A stretch of DNA of 64,000 nt. It comes from a virus. Its lineage: Duplodnaviria > Caudoviricetes. The stretch lies in IMG/VR virus record IMGVR_UViG_2806310546_000001; one strand, 5' to 3'. Below, in pieces: positions 58,129-64,000 of the stretch. Each line of letters starts with the position of its first letter. The stretch's first letter is position 1. The notes beneath the pieces were generated by a model that made no database searches, was not told where the DNA came from, and was given only the letters and a program-made list of their open reading frames with translations. The position numbers and the translations under genes were made by a program.

Positions 58129-58576
58129 CGTTCACGACCTTGAACCGCGACCGGGGGCGAGCAGTGGCAGTGGGCTTCTTCGCGGTCGCACGCTTCTCGC
58201 TGACCACATCCGCCGCGACCTTCCAGCCGTTCTCCTTGAGCCCAGCCGGCGTCAGGCCGATCTGGTCGGCGAAACGCACCACGACGTTGCCGAGAGCCGC
58301 CGAGGCGTCGCTGGCTTCCATCCGAACAGACCAGCGAACCCACATCGCCACGGTGCGCTGACGCCACGGCTCGGCAGCCCACGCGGCAGCCTGAGGAGTC
58401 CGCCACGCCTGCTCCCACACCTCACGCTCGCGGTCGGCGAGGTCCGGCAGCGGGAAGTCAGGAGTCTCGCCTGTGAAGCCTTCAGCGGGAAGAGCAGTCA
58501 AAGACAGGCCGCGGCGATCAGAGCGCCCGGAGGTTGGGTCGGGCTGCGGGCCGGATCTATTACGCGCGCCTCCCAT
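58112..58576 (-). CDS. terS: terminase small subunit
   Basis: GGARNRSGP.PDP, WRTPQA.AW, IGLTPAG; directly upstream of TerL. Confidence 0.8.
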   Translation of the reverse strand: MGGARNRSGPQPDPTSGRSDRRGLSLTALPAEGFTGETPDFPLPDLADREREVWEQAWRTPQAAAWAAEPWRQRTVAMWVRWSVRMEASDASAALGNVVVRFADQIGLTPAGLKENGWKVAADVVSEKRATAKKPTATARPRSRFKVVNGDDAG

Positions 58577-58590
58577 AGATTCACCTCCGT

Positions 58591-59625
58591 CTAGCCGATC
58601 AAGCTTAGTTGTTCACCGCCGCCCCGATCGGACTTGAGGCAGTTGCAACTGAAACACGCTGTTCGCAAGTTGGCCATGGTATGACTACCGCCGCGGGCCA
58701 GCGGGATGACGTGATCCAGTGTCGGCGCACGGGGATGCGGAACCGCCTTGTCGATTGCTACTTTTCTTCGACATAGATGGCAGCGGTATTGGTCTCTCTT
58801 GTAGATCCTGCGCCGCCAGATCGGTTCGCACTCGCTGCGATGTTTGCGTAACCGACGGCGCCCGTTGCCCGCGCGCCTACTACACCGCCGTGAGCAGTAC
58901 CACGTATCCGCTCCCTGGATCGTCCGGTCCCACAGGAATCGATCCCCGCACTCACGGCATTCACTGTCAACGAACCGAACCCGGTGCCGCCGACGTGACT
59001 CATGGGTGACTGGCACAGGGGTGCTGCGGATTGGGTGTCCATCCGGAACAGCACTTGACGGCCACTGACCCGTGAATATGAGTGTTCGGCACGGTCCTGA
59101 GCGGCAGGTAACCCGAGCGCCTTCGCGAAGACTCTGCCGTCGTCGTTCAACTAGTTGGCCGCAGGCCTCGCACTGCCGCTTGACCCGCAAGCCCGGGTCG
59201 ACGTACCCCCGCGTTTTGGCATTCTCGTGCCAGAACCGCTTGCCGTGATCCTCGCAGCAGCACAGTTGCGTATGACGGCGCGGGCGGAACAGGAGGCTAC
59301 ATGTACCTAGTGCACATGGTCGGTCTGGCAACGGTTCGGCGAACCGCACCCCGGCGTGGACTTGCGAGCAGAACAGGCTGCAAAACTTAGTGTTACCACG
59401 ACGGCCAGCGATGCTAGATCCGCATTGCACGCATAAACGCTGGGCGTCGCAGTTATCGCAATACAGCGGTGGCGTTCCGGCCGGTGCTGGCACGAGGTGG
59501 CCGCACCGAGCCTGGCGAGCCTGCTTTGGCCACGATTGCCCCGGAGAGCAGGACTCGCAAGCCATCCGCTGTCGGCCAGGATGGCTCGGCACTTCGTGAC
59601 CGCAACGTGCTACGCGCGTTTTCAA
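58591..59625 (-). CDS. free-standing HNH homing endonuclease with multiple zinc fingers
   Basis: RDQYRCHLC...TLDHVIPLARGGSHTMANLRTACFSCN; many CxxC pairs. Confidence 0.88.
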   Translation of the reverse strand: MKTRVARCGHEVPSHPGRQRMACESCSPGQSWPKQARQARCGHLVPAPAGTPPLYCDNCDAQRLCVQCGSSIAGRRGNTKFCSLFCSQVHAGVRFAEPLPDRPCALGTCSLLFRPRRHTQLCCCEDHGKRFWHENAKTRGYVDPGLRVKRQCEACGQLVERRRQSLREGARVTCRSGPCRTLIFTGQWPSSAVPDGHPIRSTPVPVTHESRRRHRVRFVDSECRECGDRFLWDRTIQGADTWYCSRRCSRRAGNGRRRLRKHRSECEPIWRRRIYKRDQYRCHLCRRKVAIDKAVPHPRAPTLDHVIPLARGGSHTMANLRTACFSCNCLKSDRGGGEQLSLIG

Positions 59626-59749
59626 TTTGTCACTGCTCCCATGAGATGCGACAGGCCCGGAGCATGGGAACTCCGGGCCTGTCTAGCCCTCCGGGATCAG
59701 CGGAGGGGTGTGTCTACCTGCGGGCCGGAAGTGGCGGCAGGTGGAAGAT

Positions 59750-59900
59750 CGCGAAGGGTGAACCCTGCGCGCCTAGGGCGGCTCTCCCCGCCGGTGACTG
59801 GCAGGTCAGGCGCCCCTTGGGTCCCCCGCCAGGGTACCCTAAGAACCGCTGGTCAGACCCTTGATCGTTGATCACATGCTGCGTTTCCGCAGGTCAGAAG
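59750..59900. other. candidate cos (packaging) region
   Basis: Non-coding, between packaging HNH and TerS side; minus-strand ACCGGCGGGGAG; three GC(A/T)GGTCAG repeats. Confidence 0.45.
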
Positions 59901-60080
59901 CGTGCCGGTTGCGGTCACTCGCAGTGACGGGCTGGCGGGCAAGAGCGGAGGCCGCCGGCCGATTCGGAGGTTGGCCTCAAGCCCGCTCGGCGAGCTCAAC
60001 CACTACGCAGCGGCCGGCACGTACGTGCGACAAAGGCCATCCATCGACGCGAAGCCATCGGGTTCGGCTCACGCTTCGGG

Positions 60081-60464
60081 TCACGCGTACTGCTCGCGGT
60101 CGTTCCATCCGCCTCGCTGAGCCGGCTCGGCTGCTGTCGCTTTGCCGTGGTGCACATGGCACAAGCCTCGACCCGCATCAGGGTCATTAGCATCAAGGCC
60201 TTGAGCAACGAGGTCACGTCTACTCAATGGCCAATGGTCGGCCACTGTGCTCGGCTCGATGCAACCCTCAGGCCATTGGCATGTCGGATGCTTGGCCAAG
60301 ACGCCTGGCCTGAACCGTGTGCGGTGCTCGTGGTCGTAGCCTCGCTGGGCTGGCGTGCCTCGGGCCTGGTCCGCTGTGCGCCTGCAGGCTGGGCACTTAC
60401 CGCCGAGAGAATGGAGATCGGGGCAACCTGGAGTGGAGCACACACGGATGCGTGGTCTAGGCAT
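60081..60464 (-). CDS. small packaging-associated HNH protein (HK97 gp74-like)
   Basis: CSTPGC, RGYD..H, CQWPEGC, ADH, GLCHVHH; position upstream of terminase. Confidence 0.75.
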   Translation of the reverse strand: MPRPRIRVCSTPGCPDLHSLGGKCPACRRTADQARGTPAQRGYDHEHRTRFRPGVLAKHPTCQWPEGCIEPSTVADHWPLSRRDLVAQGLDANDPDAGRGLCHVHHGKATAAEPAQRGGWNDREQYA

Positions 60465-60557
60465 CGTGGCTCGGCTGCTGTGCGAGTAGCACTTCGGCAG
60501 GGGGACGGTGGAAGTGCTGGATCCTGCCCGGTAGCACTTCAACCGGAACGCGCGGCG

Positions 60558-60767
60558 TCACCGCTTACGCCCTCGTGCTGCCCTGGTCCTGGCTGCCTTG
60601 CGGGCGCTAGCACTTCGCTTGGCGTGCGTGGTTCCGCTGTTCGCGATGGCCGCGGCCTTGGACTTCGAAGCACCTTGCCTGCGCAGGGCATCGTAGACAT
60701 TCCTGCGTCCGGGCGCGATGTAGCCCTTGCGGTTCCCGCCTCGCTTGCCGCTGCCCTTGCGAGCCAT
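60558..60767 (-). CDS. small basic protein
   Basis: YDALRRQGASKSKAAAIAN; GGAGG SD. Confidence 0.6.
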   Translation of the reverse strand: MARKGSGKRGGNRKGYIAPGRRNVYDALRRQGASKSKAAAIANSGTTHAKRSASARKAARTRAARGRKR

Positions 60768-60936
60768 GGCGTCTTACCTCCGAGGTGACAGCACTTCGGG
60801 TTGCGCTACTTCTTACGACGGCTCTTTCGGCCCCCTGCGGCGCTGCCCCGCGCAGCCTCCGGCGTACCAGCCTTGGCGCCGCTCTTCTTGCCGAGCGACT
60901 TCGGTCGGCCTCCGCTGGTCTTCTTCGCTGGCATGG

Positions 60937-61257
60937 CTACTCCTGGGGCAAGTCGAGGTGCTGCAGGTCTATTGGTTCGACAGGCGGTGCCTCAGGGTTG
61001 CCGCGCTGCTCGATGAGGATGCGGTGGGCGAACATCGTGACGGTGACCTTGACGAGGTCAGCCTGGTCGTCGCGGTATCCGTCGGCCTGGTTGAACTCCA
61101 TGGCGTGGACGCGGATGGTCTCGCCTTTGGGGCACAGGATCGGGGTGCCGTTGATGCGGAGCTCGTTGGCTTTCAGTACGCCCGTAGCACCGCTACCCGA
61201 CTGGGCTGGCGTGTACTCGAGGATCTCGATGTGGGCCGGCTGAGGCCGCGGCATCAA
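60937..61257 (-). CDS. hypothetical protein
   Basis: GAGGA SD; plausible globular composition. Confidence 0.5.
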   Translation of the reverse strand: MMPRPQPAHIEILEYTPAQSGSGATGVLKANELRINGTPILCPKGETIRVHAMEFNQADGYRDDQADLVKVTVTMFAHRILIEQRGNPEAPPVEPIDLQHLDLPQE

Positions 61258-61908
61258 TCTTCCTCGTGGTCTTCAACAGGCGGGATCCCGGCGTCCAGGA
61301 ACTGCGGGTACAGGCTCGACCTGCGCACCACGCACTCGCCCGGCTTCACTGTCGCTGGCACACGCTCGCGCGGCTCGCAGCCGTCCAGGCGCTCGTGCAC
61401 CGCTCGGAGCCAGTCGTTCGCCATCGGGTGCCTCCACTGTCGGAACCTGCAGGGCCCGAGATGTCGCTGGGGAGCGGAGACCTAGGGGCCGAGCAGGTGG
61501 GTCAGGAGGTGGTGCGGGACAAGAAAAAGCGCCGGTCCAAGAGCGCCTCGATATCGTCGTTGATGCGCGTACGACCGGCGGGACTGAGGGAGTCGACCTT
61601 GCGTCGCTTACACAGGACGCGAAGGTGCTCATCCACGGAAGGGATGTCTGGACAGGAGAAGGCCTCGCGGTGCGGGGCCGACCTGACGAGGACCGCTTCC
61701 CTGGCTTGCTGCTGAGCTCGCGTGAGTGGCGGCATCGTCACCCCCGGTAGCGGTGGTGCCAGGATTCCCCGGGCTGAGACCGACGACTCGTGACAGTCCG
61801 TGCCCGATAAGAACGATCGCGCGCTCTGAGCGGCTTCGGAAGAAGTGGACATAAGAATGCCCGGGTTCCATGTTCTCTGAGAACGGGCGCATGGTCAAGT
61901 CGCGCTCG

Positions 61909-62271
61909 TTAACTGGCACGTTGGGCGCGGGTGCGGCGCAGTTCGGCGTTGTAGTCCAGCGCGGCTCGGAGCTCGACCCGGAGACGGCCATCTTTCCCGA
62001 CGTCGCCGTCGATCTTGTCTCTGTAGACCCACATGTAAACGGCTCGCACTGAGACCCCGGTGTGTTCGGCTGCGATGTCGACGGTCACCCAGTCGTCGAG
62101 TTCTTCGACGCCGCGGACTGGGCGGAGCCACGTCTGGCCGTAGCGGTCGACGAGCTGCCCGTCCAGTTCGGCGCAGGCCTCTGGTGCGTACTCGGCGAGA
62201 AGGTCCCGGTACCAGCGCGCGCAGCGTTGCGCCCGGTCGGTGCGGGTGTCTCCGGGCCACGGCCAGGTCAT
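61909..62271 (-). CDS. HTH DNA-binding protein (late-regulator position)
   Basis: MTWPWPGD start; WVTVDIAAEHTGVSVRAVYMWV HTH; ATGA overlap with upstream gene. Confidence 0.7.
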   Translation of the reverse strand: MTWPWPGDTRTDRAQRCARWYRDLLAEYAPEACAELDGQLVDRYGQTWLRPVRGVEELDDWVTVDIAAEHTGVSVRAVYMWVYRDKIDGDVGKDGRLRVELRAALDYNAELRRTRAQRAS

Positions 62272-63428
62272 GCCGCTCCTCGCCGGACGGGGGCCGAGTG
62301 GTCGCACACGGTTCGGTCTCGGAGCCGTCCGATCTTGTCGCACTGGTTGCATGCTTTGATCCGCCTGTTCTCGTCGGAGGCGAGGATGTCGGTGAGGCGC
62401 TTGTAGTCCTCTTCGGCCCACCGTTCGTGGCAGGTCTCGCATTCGACGTGGTCTTTGCCGTTGGGTCGGACAAGGGTGAGGCGCCCGCATCTGGGGTTGG
62501 GGCAGGGCGCGGGAAGTTTGTGCACGAGCTCGCCGCGGCCGGCGAGGATGCGGGTGCGGTCGTGGAGGTCGAGCATCCGTAGGGCTGCGTCGAGGCCGTC
62601 TTGCGCCCAGTAGGTGTATTCGTGCCAGCCGGTGGCGCCGGTGCTGAGGACGTCTCCGCCTTCGGGGTCTGGTCGCCAGACGCGGACTCGTTCGCCGCCT
62701 CGGTAGACGTCGCGGTCGATGGCGGGGAGCTGGGTAAGGGTGTCGGTGGTGTTGGTGAGGACGGACACGGCTCGTTCGACTCGGATGCGGGCGCGGGACG
62801 TCCAGGCGGCTTCGATGTCCCAGTCCTGGCCTAGTGCTTCGGCTACCTGCTCGGCCCAGAGGGTGGTTTCGACGTCGATGTCGCGCATGAGGGCTTCGAC
62901 GGATAGCCTGATGGGGACGGGGAGGTCTCGGGATGAGGAGACGACTTCGCCTGTGGTGTCTCCGCCGGCGGCTATGAGGGTGGCGAGTTCGCGCCAGTCG
63001 GCTGCGAGGTGCGGGATTTCGTTGCGGACGGTCTGGGTGCAGATGGTGCACAGGCCGCGGTCGGTGTTGATGGGGACGCCGACGTAGACGAGGTGGCCCT
63101 TGGCTTTGATTGGGCGCCCGTCGGGGCCTTGGACTCGTTGCCGGTCTCCGCAGCGTCGGTCGCGTGCGCAGCGTCGGGTGCGGTCAATCTCCGGAGGTTC
63201 GTCCTCTGTGGTGTCAGGCTGCGCGTGTAGCGCGTTGGCTGTGGCCGTGCGGGTGGATGCTGCTCTGGCGACAGCGGCGATCTGGCCGGCCACAGCGCCA
63301 CGACTCGAGCTGCCTCGGCGGTCGAGCTCGGCGTGGAGTGAGCCGCAGCCGCCGTCCTGGTCGCAGTCGGCCATGCTGCCCCTCCCGTGGCAACGGCAAG
63401 GGCATGTGAGGGCGTACGGGTCTGACAT
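62268..63428 (-). CDS. phage zinc-finger protein
   Basis: LCTIC...PVPIRL...CPNPRC...CETC...W; typical end-of-early-region position. Confidence 0.65.
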   Translation of the reverse strand: MSDPYALTCPCRCHGRGSMADCDQDGGCGSLHAELDRRGSSSRGAVAGQIAAVARAASTRTATANALHAQPDTTEDEPPEIDRTRRCARDRRCGDRQRVQGPDGRPIKAKGHLVYVGVPINTDRGLCTICTQTVRNEIPHLAADWRELATLIAAGGDTTGEVVSSSRDLPVPIRLSVEALMRDIDVETTLWAEQVAEALGQDWDIEAAWTSRARIRVERAVSVLTNTTDTLTQLPAIDRDVYRGGERVRVWRPDPEGGDVLSTGATGWHEYTYWAQDGLDAALRMLDLHDRTRILAGRGELVHKLPAPCPNPRCGRLTLVRPNGKDHVECETCHERWAEEDYKRLTDILASDENRRIKACNQCDKIGRLRDRTVCDHSAPVRRGAA

Positions 63429-63550
63429 GGCGCGGCCTCCGTGATCTACAGTCTCGGATCAGCCTCGGTCTCGTCCCCGTGGTCGTCTGTTAGATCGGCG
63501 CGGCTCCACCTCTCGCTCCCCAGCACAGGGGCGGGGCCGCGTCGTCGGGC

Positions 63551-63910
63551 TCAGGCGGAGCTCGTCTCCCCCGCTTCGGCGCGGTCCACTAGGGACCGGC
63601 GGATGTGCCCGACTCGTTCGATCTCTCGTTCCAGGTACTCACGGTTCGCGGCAAACACCTGCCGCTGGTGCGCGAGGTCCTTTTCCAGATTGCGGATGGC
63701 TTGCTCCGCTTTCTGTGCGTCCCGGTAGGCGGTAGCGAAAGCGGTCATGACGATGGCGTCGGCGCCGTGGGGTGTGGGCACGCTCGGGTTCTGGCCGCTC
63801 TGCGTGTTGCACCAGGGCAGCGTCAGGTCCCAGGCGGTGTCGAGCACGGGATCATCGTGGTCGCTCTGTGGCAGTGGCTGGGTGTAGCGCGGCCCGTCGG
63901 TGTCGGTCAT
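63551..63910 (-). CDS. hypothetical protein
   Basis: GAGGAG SD; C-terminal coiled coil. Confidence 0.5.
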   Translation of the reverse strand: MTDTDGPRYTQPLPQSDHDDPVLDTAWDLTLPWCNTQSGQNPSVPTPHGADAIVMTAFATAYRDAQKAEQAIRNLEKDLAHQRQVFAANREYLEREIERVGHIRRSLVDRAEAGETSSA

Positions 63911-64000
63911 GAGGTCTCCTCGGCGTCTCGCCTACGTAGCCATTGGTGGTCGCAGAACACGCACTGGCGCTGGACGGCTGGGGTGCCTTCCGGGGGCCGG

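Noticed and set aside
47247-59625. HNH genes as IscB/Cas9-like RNA-guided nucleases
   Set aside because: No RuvC motifs or PLMP N-terminus, and no long adjacent ncRNA or array visible
1-64000. Integrase, ParA/ParB, diversity-generating retroelement, tRNA
   Set aside because: No corresponding motifs found in the ORF track or sequence; they may lie outside the window

Overview
High-GC (about 70%) actinobacterial mobile DNA. No host housekeeping gene, rRNA, tRNA, CRISPR array or integrase was recognised. The right three quarters (17.2-64 kb, minus strand) is an apparently complete siphovirus late region: packaging HNH, candidate cos, TerS, TerL in two ORFs with an Ala1 (class 3-type) LAGLIDADG intein, portal, frameshift-disrupted MuF-like minor head protein, scaffold, major capsid, connectors, major tail, tail chaperones with a GGGAAAA -1 frameshift, a 2472-aa tape measure, tail tip/fibre, M15 endolysin, holin, and a depolymerase + SGNH esterase block. 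The left end (0.6-10.1 kb) is a compact relaxase-type transfer module: HTH regulator with twin palindromic operators, a translationally coupled operon with a DUF2637/Spd-like protein and a VirD4/TraD-like coupling ATPase, a candidate oriT and a MOBF relaxase-helicase. No VirB4/MPF gene is visible. Between them (10-16 kb) lies a phage-type replication/regulation module with an HTH_36 initiator and internal iteron-like repeats. The best overall reading (inference) is a mobilisable or conjugative phage-plasmid. An unexplained 85-bp divergent control element occurs twice, each time between a leftward initiator-like gene and a rightward, apparently leaderless, cargo gene. All product calls come from motif recognition by eye, not database searches.
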